The notes beneath the pieces were generated by a model. That model saw only the letters and a program-made list of their open reading frames with translations, was not told the origin of the DNA and searched no databases. A stretch of 64,000 bases of DNA from Planctomycetota bacterium (lineage in GTDB: Bacteria; Planctomycetota; Phycisphaerae; SM23-33), in assembly GCA_012729725.1 (NCBI GenBank), contig JAAYCO010000094.1:557-64556 (forward strand), written 5' to 3'. Of this stretch, positions 19,579 through 29,649 are shown one piece after another. The position numbers were made by a program, and so were the translations under genes. How positions within the stretch are numbered: position 1 is the first letter of the stretch; each line of letters begins with the position of its first letter.

Positions 19579-21519
19579 TCAGGGCAGGTTCTCTATGGAA
19601 AGAGGCTCGATTTCGTCGGCGGGAATGAACCCGAATATCCTGCTGAAGAAGAACAGTTCCGCCTCCAACGCTCGCAGAATATTCTGCGCCCGCCTGAAGC
19701 CGTGCTGTTCGCCTTCAAACGGCATATAGGCGGTGGGCACACCCTTCTTGCGAAGCGCGTCGAACATCATCTGAGCCTGATTCGGCGGCACTATCGGATC
19801 CTCAAGGCCCTGGAAGAATATCACCGGACGCTTGAGGTTCTCCACATGATGAATGGGCGAACGCTTGTGATACAGGTCGCGTCTCTGGGGGTATGGGCCG
19901 ATAAGCCTTTCGAGGTAATGAGACTCGAATTTGTGCGTCTCCCTGGCCAGAATCTCGCAATCGCTGACGCCGAAATGGCTTGACCCTGCCGCGAAAACGT
20001 CGCGGAATGTCATTGCCGCCAGCACCGTGTACCCGCCGGCGCTGCCGCCGGTGATGGCCAGGCGATTGCGGTCCACTTTGCCGGCTTGTGCAAGATGAAG
20101 CGCGCCGGCGCAGACATCATCAACGTCGGCTTCGCCCCAGACGGTGTTGAGGCTCTGACGATAGGCCCTGCCGTAACCGCTGCTGCCGCGGTAGTTGACA
20201 TCCAGCACGGCGAATCCTCGGCTGGTGTAATACTGTATGTCCAACCGAAGCGCCGCTGACGCCGACGAGGTTGGGCCGCCATGCACCTTCACGATCAGCG
20301 GAGGCAACTCGTCGTCGCCGCCCTTGTAGTTGGCGTTCAGCGGCGGGTAGAACAGACCATGAGCCCGTGCGCCGCCGGCGGTGTCGAATGTTATCGGCTC
20401 GGGCGGCGAAAGGTAGTTGTCGTCCCATTCCAGGTGTGTCGCCTGTCGCAGCACTTCAATATTCCTGTTGCGCAGGTTCATCTTCACTATCGAGCTTGGC
20501 TCGCGCGAAGAAGCGCCGATGAAGTAGCCGAATGCCCCGCCTACTCGAACATCGGATATTGCCGTATACGGCGTCTGAATGTCGGAAAGATCGCCTGTCG
20601 GCACGTCCAGTTCCGCCAGGCGCCAGATGCCGTCCTTGCTGTACGCGCAGAGGATGAACAGCGGATTGACAAAGTCGTAGCACGACTGTCCCAGCCGCCA
20701 AAGAGGATAGCCAAACTCGCCTTCGATCTTTGTCAACGCCTCGACCTTGCCGTCGCGCAGGCAGTGGATGTTCCACCAGCCGTTCCATCGGTCGCTGACG
20801 AAATGCAGCACGTGGTCGCCGCTCCAGCGTGGTTGAAGCACTGCTTCTCCCTCACCGCCGGCGACCTTCGCCTGCTTACCGACGCCGCCGTCTCTGAGCA
20901 GTTCGGCCGTCCATAGCTCGGCCGCGTCCCAGGGCATGTCCGGGTGGTTCCACGTAAGGTAGGCAAGCATTTTGCCGTCGGCGGAGATTCTGGGCGCTGC
21001 GTAAAAATCGTTGCCCGAAACCAGGATGTCGCCCACGCCGCCATTGAGCGTGCTTACCGAGACAATGCTGTTGAGGGGCTCGGGGCCGCCGTGGTCCTCG
21101 CGGATGCAGATGACTCGCCCCATGTAGGGGTCGAACACGCCATCGGCGTACCTCGTGCTGTCCTGTGGCGTTAAGGCTGACGCCTCGCCGATGTCCTGGG
21201 CGTGGTACAACCTCTGGTCGTCGTAGTTGCTGAACACGGCGCCGCCGTAGACGACTGCATATGAGCCGCCGCCGTATTCATGAACCCTTGTGCGGGCGTT
21301 AAGCGGCGGGGGGTTGACCTCGCGTCGCGAGCCGTCGGGCGTTCGGCGGATCACGACGTATCTGCCGCCTTCGAGAGGGCGCAACTCATTCCAGTACACA
21401 TCGGGTCCGTCAACGTGAATCTCTCCCAGGCCAAGCATCGACGATGAGATCAACTCGGCAGTAATAGGCGACTGCCATGTTCCGTACTTCGCCACAAGCT
21501 TGTCCTGACGGGCGGTCAT
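19579..21519 (-). CDS. S9 family serine peptidase (prolyl oligopeptidase/acylaminoacyl peptidase type) with an N-terminal beta-propeller
   Basis: GGSAGGY is the GxSxGG nucleophile elbow. C-terminal Asp/His regions and a WD/TolB-like propeller are present. Start taken at MTARQDKL, which gives an ATGA overlap with the upstream gene. Confidence 0.85.
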   Translation of the reverse strand: MTARQDKLVAKYGTWQSPITAELISSSMLGLGEIHVDGPDVYWNELRPLEGGRYVVIRRTPDGSRREVNPPPLNARTRVHEYGGGSYAVVYGGAVFSNYDDQRLYHAQDIGEASALTPQDSTRYADGVFDPYMGRVICIREDHGGPEPLNSIVSVSTLNGGVGDILVSGNDFYAAPRISADGKMLAYLTWNHPDMPWDAAELWTAELLRDGGVGKQAKVAGGEGEAVLQPRWSGDHVLHFVSDRWNGWWNIHCLRDGKVEALTKIEGEFGYPLWRLGQSCYDFVNPLFILCAYSKDGIWRLAELDVPTGDLSDIQTPYTAISDVRVGGAFGYFIGASSREPSSIVKMNLRNRNIEVLRQATHLEWDDNYLSPPEPITFDTAGGARAHGLFYPPLNANYKGGDDELPPLIVKVHGGPTSSASAALRLDIQYYTSRGFAVLDVNYRGSSGYGRAYRQSLNTVWGEADVDDVCAGALHLAQAGKVDRNRLAITGGSAGGYTVLAAMTFRDVFAAGSSHFGVSDCEILARETHKFESHYLERLIGPYPQRRDLYHKRSPIHHVENLKRPVIFFQGLEDPIVPPNQAQMMFDALRKKGVPTAYMPFEGEQHGFRRAQNILRALEAELFFFSRIFGFIPADEIEPLSIENLP

Positions 21520-22580
21520 GAATGCTCCTTTTGCTCCACCAACGACGAGAGCACCTGGGCCATCGAAAAGCGAGCGCCGCACACAAGGCTGTCGGATGCC
21601 CCGTAGTAGATCGTTATCTGGTCGCCGTTGACCACGTGGCCGTTGCTGAAGACCACGTTGGCGAAAAACCCGTTTCGTTCATACTCCATGATAGGTTCCA
21701 TGATGGGCTGACGGCTTCTGGCGATGACGCGAGCGGGATTCTCGATGTCCAGCAGCATTGCCCCAAGGCAGTAGCGGTGGTCAAAATCGGCTCCATGGTA
21801 GATAAGAAGCCAGCCCTTGTCGGTAAGGATGGGCGCCGCCCCCGCGCCAATTCGTTCCTCATCCCACATTCCGGGGCGGGTGCGGGCGACGCACTGATGA
21901 CGGCCCCAGTTTTGCAGGTCATCAGATGTTGAGAGCCAGATATATGGTCCGCCAACCTCAACACCCATAGGCCGGTGAAGCAGGGCATAGCGGCCGGCGA
22001 TTTTCCGCTCGAATAACGCTGCGTCCTTGTTGTGCGGCGGCAGGATCATGCCCAGCCGAGTGAAGGACTTCCAGTCCTGCGTGGTCATGAGCGCCACTCC
22101 AGCGCCGAAGCGAGACACGGCTGTGTATGTCAGGCAAAAAGTCTCATCGAGCCGGGCAACCCGGCAGTCTTCCACTCCAAACTCCTCCATCGGGCCTTCG
22201 CCGATGATGGCGGGCAAGTCATCCACGTCGAACCGTACGCCGTCGTTACTCCACGCAAGGCGAAGATGTGAAAGGGAGGTGAGATACTTCTCGCCGCGAT
22301 AACTGAAGATTCTTGGATCGCTAGCTATCAAGTCCCGGTCGTTCAGGTGGAATTCGAGCATTCTCACGCCCGCCGGGGCGGACGGGTCGCTTATCGCCGT
22401 CCGCAGGAAACCCTCAGCCTGAATCGGCTGCTGGGCCACTCGCAATAGCAGGGCGGTTCTGCCTTTGTAGACAAATGCGCCCGGGTTCATGACCCCGATG
22501 ACCCTCAGGTCGCTCCTGCTGGGCCTTACGCCGGCTGGGGTTATGATCGGGTTCTCATCAAATCTCTGCGCTATGTCCAT
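21516..22580 (-). CDS. GH130 family glycosidase/phosphorylase (DUF377 beta-propeller)
   Basis: NPGAF, WSNDGVRF, YHGA and IYYGASDSLVCGA are typical of GH130 five-bladed propellers. Start set at internal ATG MDIAQRFDENPIITP; the longer track ORF has a non-homologous leader. Confidence 0.7.
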   Translation of the reverse strand: MDIAQRFDENPIITPAGVRPSRSDLRVIGVMNPGAFVYKGRTALLLRVAQQPIQAEGFLRTAISDPSAPAGVRMLEFHLNDRDLIASDPRIFSYRGEKYLTSLSHLRLAWSNDGVRFDVDDLPAIIGEGPMEEFGVEDCRVARLDETFCLTYTAVSRFGAGVALMTTQDWKSFTRLGMILPPHNKDAALFERKIAGRYALLHRPMGVEVGGPYIWLSTSDDLQNWGRHQCVARTRPGMWDEERIGAGAAPILTDKGWLLIYHGADFDHRYCLGAMLLDIENPARVIARSRQPIMEPIMEYERNGFFANVVFSNGHVVNGDQITIYYGASDSLVCGARFSMAQVLSSLVEQKEHS

Positions 22581-22623
22581 CTGCCTAGAATTGTACGGAG
22601 GAATGTTTGTAAGGAGTAGGATC

Positions 22624-23748
22624 ATGGCAGTACTAATCAAAGAATCTCCCATCAGGCGTATACAGCTGTTTGGGCAGGACATCTGGTTGGACTTCATCGA
22701 CAGGGGACTGATTCGTAGCGGCTCGCTTGCCAGGCTGATCGAGGAAGACGGCATTTCCGGCGTAACTTCGAACCCGACCATCTTTGAGCAGTCGTTCTCC
22801 GGCGGCGAATACGACGACGACATACACGAAATGGCCGGCCAGGGACTCGGCGCCGAGGACATATACAAGCGCATAACCTCGGCCGAGATAAGATCCGCCG
22901 CTGACGTGTTCATGCCGCTGTTCGAATCAAGCAGGGGGAGGCGGGGGTTTGTCAGCCTCGAAGTATCGCCTCACCTGGCATATGATCCCGTCCGAACCGT
23001 TCAAGAGGCGCGCGAGCTGCGGGATCTGGTGGATCGGCCGAACTTGCTGGTCAAGATTCCCGCAACCATGGAGGGTCTGGCGGCAATTCGCCAGTGCATC
23101 AGCGAGGGCATCAGCATTAACGTGACGTTGCTGTTTGGCCTGTCAAGATACATGCACGTCGCACAGGCGTACATCGAGGGCCTTGAGGAACGGACGGGCA
23201 GGAACGAGTCGCCAGTTGGAGTTACCTCCGTCGCCAGCTTCTTCCTGAGCCGCATTGACGCGATGGTTGACCCGATGCTTGACCGCATCTCGCTTGGCGG
23301 ACCAGGAAGCGAACAGGCCAAGACGCTCTTCGGGCAGGTTGCAAGCTGCTGCGCGAAGATTGCATACCAGATGCAGCAGGAGATATTCGCAAGCCCGAAG
23401 TTTCACGATCTTGCGGCCAAGGGCGCGACGCCTCAGCGGTTGCTATGGGCGTCGACGGGCACGAAGAACCCGATGTTCAGCGACATCAAGTACGTCGAAT
23501 CGCTGATCGGTCTGGACACGATAAACACCATGCCGATGGCGACGCTCAAGGCCTACCAGGACCACGGCGAGCCGGAATCGCGGCTGGACATGAACCCGGA
23601 CAGGCCGGTGAGGCTGCTATCGCATCTTGATGATCTTGGCATAAAGCTTGACGAGATTGCCGACGCGCTTGAGCTTGAAGGCGTCGAAAAGTTCAAGAAG
23701 CCTTACGATGCTTCATTGGATCGCATTCGGCAGCGCGGTGCGAAGTAA
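22624..23748 (+). CDS. tal: Transaldolase (long ~370-aa type)
   Basis: GISGVTSNPTIFEQ and VTSVASFFLSRIDAMVD carry the Schiff-base lysine region of the transaldolase family. AAGGAG SD precedes the ATG at 22624. Confidence 0.85.
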   Translation: MAVLIKESPIRRIQLFGQDIWLDFIDRGLIRSGSLARLIEEDGISGVTSNPTIFEQSFSGGEYDDDIHEMAGQGLGAEDIYKRITSAEIRSAADVFMPLFESSRGRRGFVSLEVSPHLAYDPVRTVQEARELRDLVDRPNLLVKIPATMEGLAAIRQCISEGISINVTLLFGLSRYMHVAQAYIEGLEERTGRNESPVGVTSVASFFLSRIDAMVDPMLDRISLGGPGSEQAKTLFGQVASCCAKIAYQMQQEIFASPKFHDLAAKGATPQRLLWASTGTKNPMFSDIKYVESLIGLDTINTMPMATLKAYQDHGEPESRLDMNPDRPVRLLSHLDDLGIKLDEIADALELEGVEKFKKPYDASLDRIRQRGAK

Positions 23749-23753
23749 CCGGT

Positions 23754-25085
23754 CTACCACTTGAGCGATTTTCGCAGCGCTTGATAGCCAAGGTGCGCAA
23801 GGAGGTTGTCCAGCAGCACCAGGGCCGTGAAGTTCTCGGCGACGGGCCAGATGCGCCCGACTATGGTGGGGTCTCTTCGCGTTATCGCCGCAAGCTGCTT
23901 GTTCTCCAGGGTGTACTTGTCGATAGTGTGCTGGGGCTTGGCGATGGTCGGCGTCGGTTTGACCGCAAGGCGAACAACGAGGGGCTGACCGGAGGACAGT
24001 CCGCCGGTAACGCCGCCTGCCTGGTTGGTCTCAAAGACAACCTTTCCGTTCTCGCTGTGCATCTGGTCGTTGCTCTGTATGCCGGTGAGATCTTTGACGG
24101 CAAAGCCAGCGCCGATCTCGACGCCCTTGACTGCCCCTATGCCGAGCATCCTGCCAAGCTCGGCGTCGAGCTTGTCAAATACCGGTTCGCCAAGTCCAAC
24201 CGGCAGGCCTGTGGCGATCACTTCCACAACACCGCCGGAGGAATCGCCCGAGGCGGTTATTGCGCCTGCTGCTTTGAGCATGTCATTCGCCGCCTCAAGA
24301 TGCGGGCAGTTCACAACGTGATGCACACCGTACCTGGAAGCTATTTCGTCAGGAATAACCGAGGGGGCCTTGGAACGGATTTCCTCTATCTCATTCTCAA
24401 CTTTGGCCATGACAGCCGCCTTTTCCAGGAAGCGCATCTCGGGGGTGATTCTGCCCTTGACGTAGATTTCCTGGTAGAAGGGGTCGGTGTCGTGGCGCAT
24501 TTGCTTATAGCGATCGGTCAACCGGAGGGCCTCGTCATGCGAAACCTCCGGCATTCTCACACCGGCCATTTCTTTGATGTACGAAAAGACGTTGATGCCA
24601 AGCGCCTTGAGCACCTTCTTCGCCACGAAGCCTGCCGCCACGATGGTGGAGGTGTACCTGCCGCTGAAAATGCCCGCGCCCACCGCGTCGTCGGCTGGGC
24701 CATACTTGACGAACGATGCGTAGGATGCATGGCCGGGGCGGGGCGTGCGGTTGGTGTCCTGATACTGCTTGATGTGCACGAAGTGGCGATCGAGGTTGGG
24801 AATGAGGATCGTCAGCGGCGTGCCGTTGGTCTGGTTGCGGTCGCCCGCGTTCTCGATTGTGTCGGCAGCGTTTACGCCGGTGTAAATGATGGGCAGATCA
24901 GGCTCTTTGCGGGGCGAAGACAGTTCGTCCGCGCCCGGCTTTCGCAGCAGCAGGTCGCCGTAGATCTCCTGCTCGCACAGCGGCATTGCGGGCGGTAACC
25001 CCTGTATCGTGGCCGAAAGCCCTTCCTGGTATGAACCGCCGGAAACGGTCACCTGAAGAAGTCTACCGAGATGGCATCCGATCAT
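23754..25085 (-). CDS. aroC: Chorismate synthase
   Basis: MIGCHLGRLLQVTVSGGSYQEGLSATIQGLPPAMP is an AroC N-terminus. Conserved GGxSGG/RxDP-type segments occur throughout. Confidence 0.9.
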   Translation of the reverse strand: MIGCHLGRLLQVTVSGGSYQEGLSATIQGLPPAMPLCEQEIYGDLLLRKPGADELSSPRKEPDLPIIYTGVNAADTIENAGDRNQTNGTPLTILIPNLDRHFVHIKQYQDTNRTPRPGHASYASFVKYGPADDAVGAGIFSGRYTSTIVAAGFVAKKVLKALGINVFSYIKEMAGVRMPEVSHDEALRLTDRYKQMRHDTDPFYQEIYVKGRITPEMRFLEKAAVMAKVENEIEEIRSKAPSVIPDEIASRYGVHHVVNCPHLEAANDMLKAAGAITASGDSSGGVVEVIATGLPVGLGEPVFDKLDAELGRMLGIGAVKGVEIGAGFAVKDLTGIQSNDQMHSENGKVVFETNQAGGVTGGLSSGQPLVVRLAVKPTPTIAKPQHTIDKYTLENKQLAAITRRDPTIVGRIWPVAENFTALVLLDNLLAHLGYQALRKSLKW

Positions 25086-25231
25086 TGTGAAAGCCTCCTG
25101 ACCGGCTCAATGCCGGAAGAGGAATATATTGAACACCCCGTGTTCAGTCAAGAGTAAAGCAAGCGCCGCGGCGGGGGCTGGACTATGACGTCGCTTATGA
25201 TTACATTGCGACGATCTTTAGGGAGACCGGC

Positions 25232-25501
25232 ATGATGAAAGAGAAGCATACGATCCTGGGCGTTCATATCACCGATCGAGTCAAAGAGGCGGTTGCGGTT
25301 CAGAGGTTATTGACTCAGTTCGGCGAGCAGATTAAGACGCGCCTTGGCCTGCATGAGGTGGGCAGCGCAACATCCCCCAACGGCCTGCTGCTGCTGGAGA
25401 TGGTCGGCCCCGATGCGGGCATTCAGGAACTCAGCGACAAGCTTAACGCCATCGACGGCGTCGAAGTGCAATCCATGGTGTTCTTCCACCTGGCTGACTA
25501 A
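25232..25501 (+). CDS. Small ACT/NikR-C-like protein, reminiscent of the TM1266-type iron-only-hydrogenase-system regulator family; assignment is tentative
   Basis: 89 aa with a beta-alpha-beta-beta-alpha-beta pattern (ILGVHITDRVKEAVAVQRLLTQFGEQIKTRLGLHE...GLLLLEMVG). GGAGA SD precedes it. It overlaps the convergent U32 stop by 4 nt. Confidence 0.35.
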   Translation: MMKEKHTILGVHITDRVKEAVAVQRLLTQFGEQIKTRLGLHEVGSATSPNGLLLLEMVGPDAGIQELSDKLNAIDGVEVQSMVFFHLAD

Positions 25502-27924
25502 GAGGCGCCTCGCGATGGCTGTGCATCCCGTCGCTGAGCCTGGTTGAAACTGTGGATGACGTGCTGGGCGACGGCGAAATCCTCGTCCACAAACTCGATT
25601 CGATAGTCCGATACCCCTGCGGCAATCATCGCCGGCAGATGCTCCATGCCGCTGTGGGCCTGCGCGTGAAACACGGTGCAAGCCCCGTGGGCGGCGATAA
25701 CCGGATGATCCACACCCAGCCGATCGCGCAGTAGCATGTTCTGTGCTTGGCAAGCCCGGGCGCACCCCGAACAGTTGGCCGATTTGTCGGCAGCGCCAAA
25801 GAGGCAATGCGCCATGTGGAACATCGGGGCGTGCCCCCAGATGACAGGCTCAAGACTCGCGTCAGGACACGCGGCGGCCAGGGCCGCTATACCGGCATAG
25901 TCAACATCGCTGCCTGGCGATACTCTCGTTGCCCCTGCCGAAACCAGCACATTCACGCTTAACTCATTCACCGCGTTGAAGGAATGATCGGCAATGATCG
26001 CCAAGCCCGGAGCGTGCTTGAGCATCTCAAGCGTTCCGGCGTTTCTTGCCAGGAAGCATGACCAACCCGCCTGCGATATCAAACGAAGCTGCTCGTGCCC
26101 GGCATTTCGGAGCACCTGCGGACCAACGCCACCGGCGACTATGTTGTGCCGGCGAATCTGGGCAAGGGCGTCCATCGCCGACGCCATGTCGGCGATATCC
26201 ACGTATATGGTCGCAGGCGCCGGATCGTGTGACAAGGCAGCGCGAACCTGATCAATTGTTCTTGCAAGCACATGCAGCCGGATACTCTGGCGGGGTCTTT
26301 CGACGGCCAGGGCCGGCCCGCGGAGATTTTCCAGGGCGTTGGCTGTCACTTCATGCCGTGCGGATGCATGGCGTTGATTGTCCAGATCGGCCACCGCCCT
26401 TCGCCGCAGCTCGTTAAGAATGCTGGCTGGGGCCATCACGGCGCATTCGTCCACGGGCTTCCCGTCGTGCAGGATGCTGATGTTGCGAAGTTCGTACGGC
26501 GTCGCGCCCAGCCGGCCTAACTGGCGGCGGAGCACATCTTTGTCCAGGCTTTTGCCTTGCGAGGGCGCCAACGGTCCGGGCCATGATGCCTCGGCGACGA
26601 GGCCGGCGTCATCCGAAAGCACAACGCGCATCGGGCCGCCCGCCTGCAAATGCACAGTTGCATCGACCGGGCGGCGGCGGAAGACGATGTCGCGATTGAA
26701 CGTCTGGTCAAGCGCCCTGCCCAGGCTGGGATCGTCGGTCTGCCAAACGCTCGAATTGGCGGGAATGCCCGAAAGATCAACGTCGTCTCTGCCGAAGCCC
26801 AGGGCAACGACGCCACGTGAAACAAGTCTCGCTTCGTAGACTCTGCCGCCCTGAGCCTGACCGTTCTGGGGGGCGGGGTCAAATGCCAAACCATCGCCGG
26901 GTTTTGGCGGTTGCTGGCCGGCAAGCAATTCCACAACGACCGACTGTCCACTGATTGCCCTGAGGGTGGCGATCTTCACGCCTCGATTCGCCGGGTTTTC
27001 GCCCGTCACCAGTTTTCGATGATCGGCACCGTTGAGGAATCCTTCGCACAGGCCGCGGGAGAATGTGAGTTCGAGTTCTCGCAGGTGCTGTGGTTCGGGT
27101 TTCCATGGTGTGGCCGCCAAGGCGGCGTCCAGGCATTTTCGATAGAATCGCGTAGCCGCCGCCACATATCTGGCGTCCTTGAGTCTGCCTTCTATCTTGA
27201 GCGCGGACACGCCAATCTTCACCAGATCCGGCACGTGCCGCCAGGCGCAGAGGTCGAGCGGGCTGAGGGGGTAGGGCGGGGCGTCCAGTTGGCTGCCATT
27301 GCGGATGATCCGATAAGGCAGGCGGCAGGCCTGTCCGCACATGCCGCGATTGGAGCTTCGAGACCACAGCCGCCGGCTTGCCTGACACTGGCCGCTGTAC
27401 GAAATGCACATGGCCCCATGGATGAATACCTCAAGCTGCGCGCGATGTTCCTCCGCCAGGACGGCGATTTCGTCAACAGACAGCTCTCTGGCCAGAATCA
27501 CGCGTTTGACGCCCAGGTCCGCAAGCAGTGCAATGCCGTTTCCCTCGGTCTGCGTGGTCTGGGTTGATGCATGAATATCCAGGCTGGGCGCTATCTGGCG
27601 GCACAGCTTCAACAGGCCGATGTCCTGCACAATTATCGCGTCTACGCCTGCCTCGGCGGCCAAGGCAATGCTTCGGGCGGCTTCTTCAAGCTCGTCATGA
27701 AGAACGACTGTGTTAAGAGCGAGATATGCAAGGCAGTTATGGTTGTGCAGGTAGCGGACCACGTCAACCAGCTCGGTTTGGTTGAAGTTTTGGGCCCTGG
27801 CCCTGGCATTGAACCGGCGCAGGCCGAAGTAGACGGCATCGGCGCCGTTAATCACCGCTGCCTTCATGGCAGGCCAGTCTCCGGCGGGGGCTAGAAGTTC
27901 TGTAGGGGCTGACGGTTTGATCAT
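25498..27924 (-). CDS. Tandem-duplicated U32 family peptidase/hydroxylase-like protein, about 809 aa
   Basis: Two U32 cores. The first has HGAMCISYSGQCQASRRLWSRSSNRGMCGQACRLPY. The second has HAPMFHMAHCLFGAADKSANCSGCARACQ. Each carries a Cx6-7C...CxxxC Fe-S-type pattern. Start at internal ATG MIKPSAPTELLAPAGDWP. Confidence 0.75.
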   Translation of the reverse strand: MIKPSAPTELLAPAGDWPAMKAAVINGADAVYFGLRRFNARARAQNFNQTELVDVVRYLHNHNCLAYLALNTVVLHDELEEAARSIALAAEAGVDAIIVQDIGLLKLCRQIAPSLDIHASTQTTQTEGNGIALLADLGVKRVILARELSVDEIAVLAEEHRAQLEVFIHGAMCISYSGQCQASRRLWSRSSNRGMCGQACRLPYRIIRNGSQLDAPPYPLSPLDLCAWRHVPDLVKIGVSALKIEGRLKDARYVAAATRFYRKCLDAALAATPWKPEPQHLRELELTFSRGLCEGFLNGADHRKLVTGENPANRGVKIATLRAISGQSVVVELLAGQQPPKPGDGLAFDPAPQNGQAQGGRVYEARLVSRGVVALGFGRDDVDLSGIPANSSVWQTDDPSLGRALDQTFNRDIVFRRRPVDATVHLQAGGPMRVVLSDDAGLVAEASWPGPLAPSQGKSLDKDVLRRQLGRLGATPYELRNISILHDGKPVDECAVMAPASILNELRRRAVADLDNQRHASARHEVTANALENLRGPALAVERPRQSIRLHVLARTIDQVRAALSHDPAPATIYVDIADMASAMDALAQIRRHNIVAGGVGPQVLRNAGHEQLRLISQAGWSCFLARNAGTLEMLKHAPGLAIIADHSFNAVNELSVNVLVSAGATRVSPGSDVDYAGIAALAAACPDASLEPVIWGHAPMFHMAHCLFGAADKSANCSGCARACQAQNMLLRDRLGVDHPVIAAHGACTVFHAQAHSGMEHLPAMIAAGVSDYRIEFVDEDFAVAQHVIHSFNQAQRRDAQPSRGAS

Positions 27925-27997
27925 TTGTCTTGTTACGACAGGTAATAAAAAAAGGGGCCACGATTGTGGCCCCTGGTGCAACAAGGTACTGGACCGG

Positions 27998-28327
27998 CTA
28001 GTAGCGTCTGCCGCCGCCGCCAGAGCCGCCGAAGCCGCCTCTGGGGCCTCTGCCGCCGCCGCCACTGCCGCCGCGATCCTCGCGGGGCTTGGCTTCATTG
28101 ACGGTCAACGCCCTGCCGGAATAATCCTTGCCGTTTAGGGCTGCGATAGCTGCCTGAGCTTCGCTGTCCGATGACATCTCAACAAATCCAAAACCTTTGC
28201 TTCTGCCGGTCATCTTGTCCTGAATGACCGCTGCGCTCTCGACGGTGCCGTACTGGCCAAAAAGGTCCTGTAACTCGGCATCGCCAACACTGTAACTAAG
28301 GTTTCCAACATAAAGCTTCTTGCCCAT
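27998..28327 (-). CDS. RRM-type RNA-binding protein with a Gly/Arg-rich C-terminal tail
   Basis: KLYVGNLSY is RNP2 and KGFGFVEM is RNP1. A GGSGGGGRGPRGGFGG tail follows. Confidence 0.85.
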   Translation of the reverse strand: MGKKLYVGNLSYSVGDAELQDLFGQYGTVESAAVIQDKMTGRSKGFGFVEMSSDSEAQAAIAALNGKDYSGRALTVNEAKPREDRGGSGGGGRGPRGGFGGSGGGGRRY

Positions 28328-28685
28328 TGTCATCTCCTGAACGAGAGGGCACGTGACCCATTCTGCCTTTCGGGGTCGTTCGAAAGAGGCCGTCATTCCG
28401 GCCCAGGAAGTTTGGGGCGCAGGGGAGGATTCCGATCAGATGGGACATGTTTCCTATTGAACTGTATCCTGTTTCCAGCGAACCTAACATTGTCAGCTTA
28501 ACCCGGAACCATCCACTATGGAAACAAATTCTGCCGAAAAAAGCCACACGTAGACTTCTTATTCATTATAGGACCAGCGTGCGGCAAATGGACCCCGCTC
28601 GCAAAAAAGTCGCAAGGCTTGTCCCACGACCGCTTTACGGCGTAAGATAAGCATCATCCCGGCCAGACCGGAGGAGAGCAAAGAA

Positions 28686-29597
28686 ATGTCGCTACTTGTT
28701 ACCGGAAGCATCGGAATTGATACCGTTGAGACACCATCGGGCATGGCCAAAGACGCCCTCGGCGGTTCAAGCATCTACTTCGCATACGCGGCAAGCTTCT
28801 TCACGCCGGTCAGGCTTGTGGGCGTTGTGGGCGAAGACTGCCCGGCCGATTTCCTGGAACCCATGCGGCGAAACTCTCGAATTGATATGGCTGGCCTCGA
28901 GGTCCGTCCCGGCAGCAAGACCTTTCGATGGCACGGCCGATATCATGCCGACGTCAACATGCGCGACACCGTGGCGGTTGAGCTTAATGTCCTGAGCGAG
29001 CGCGGACCTGATATCCCACAAAACTTCCGCGACAGCAAGTTCGTTTTCCTTGCCAATACGCACCCTGCCCTCCAAGAGCAGTTGCTTAGCCAACTGACAC
29101 GCCCGGAACTGGTGGTGGCTGACACTATGGACCTGTATATCAACAACGAACGGGCGGCGCTGGGTGCTCTGCTTGGCAAGCTCGACGGTTTGGTCATCAA
29201 CGATTCCGAAGCCCGCCTGCTTACAGGCAGGTCGAATGTTGTGGCGGCAGGGCTTGAAATTGCCTCGCAAGTGAGAAGGTTCGTCGTGATCAAGAAGGGC
29301 GAACACGGCTGCCTTCTGTTCTGCGGCCAAAAAGTCTGCGCCATGCCAAGCTATCCCACGTTCAACGTAATCGATCCGACCGGCGCAGGCGACAGTTTCG
29401 CCGGGGCAATGATGGGGTATATCGCGGCTTCGGGATCCTTCAATCACGATACGCTGCGCCGCGCGATAGCATACGGCACGGTCACCGCCAGCATTGGCCT
29501 GGAAGGCTTTTCGCTGACGAGATTCATATCGTCCAGCAGGGGCGAGATCGACACAAGGTTCGCCGAATTTCAGGACCTTGTTCGCTTCTGGTCCTAA
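28686..29597 (+). CDS. PfkB-family carbohydrate/nucleoside kinase (ribokinase fold)
   Basis: The N-terminal GG motif (LLVTGSIGIDTV...ALGGSS) and C-terminal DPTGAGDSFAGAMMG anion hole/catalytic Asp are present. GGAGG SD. Confidence 0.8.
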   Translation: MSLLVTGSIGIDTVETPSGMAKDALGGSSIYFAYAASFFTPVRLVGVVGEDCPADFLEPMRRNSRIDMAGLEVRPGSKTFRWHGRYHADVNMRDTVAVELNVLSERGPDIPQNFRDSKFVFLANTHPALQEQLLSQLTRPELVVADTMDLYINNERAALGALLGKLDGLVINDSEARLLTGRSNVVAAGLEIASQVRRFVVIKKGEHGCLLFCGQKVCAMPSYPTFNVIDPTGAGDSFAGAMMGYIAASGSFNHDTLRRAIAYGTVTASIGLEGFSLTRFISSSRGEIDTRFAEFQDLVRFWS

Positions 29598-29649
29598 GAT
29601 GTGCGCTCCGACGATGAACTACCGGCCGCCGCCGGGGGCTCACATTTGA

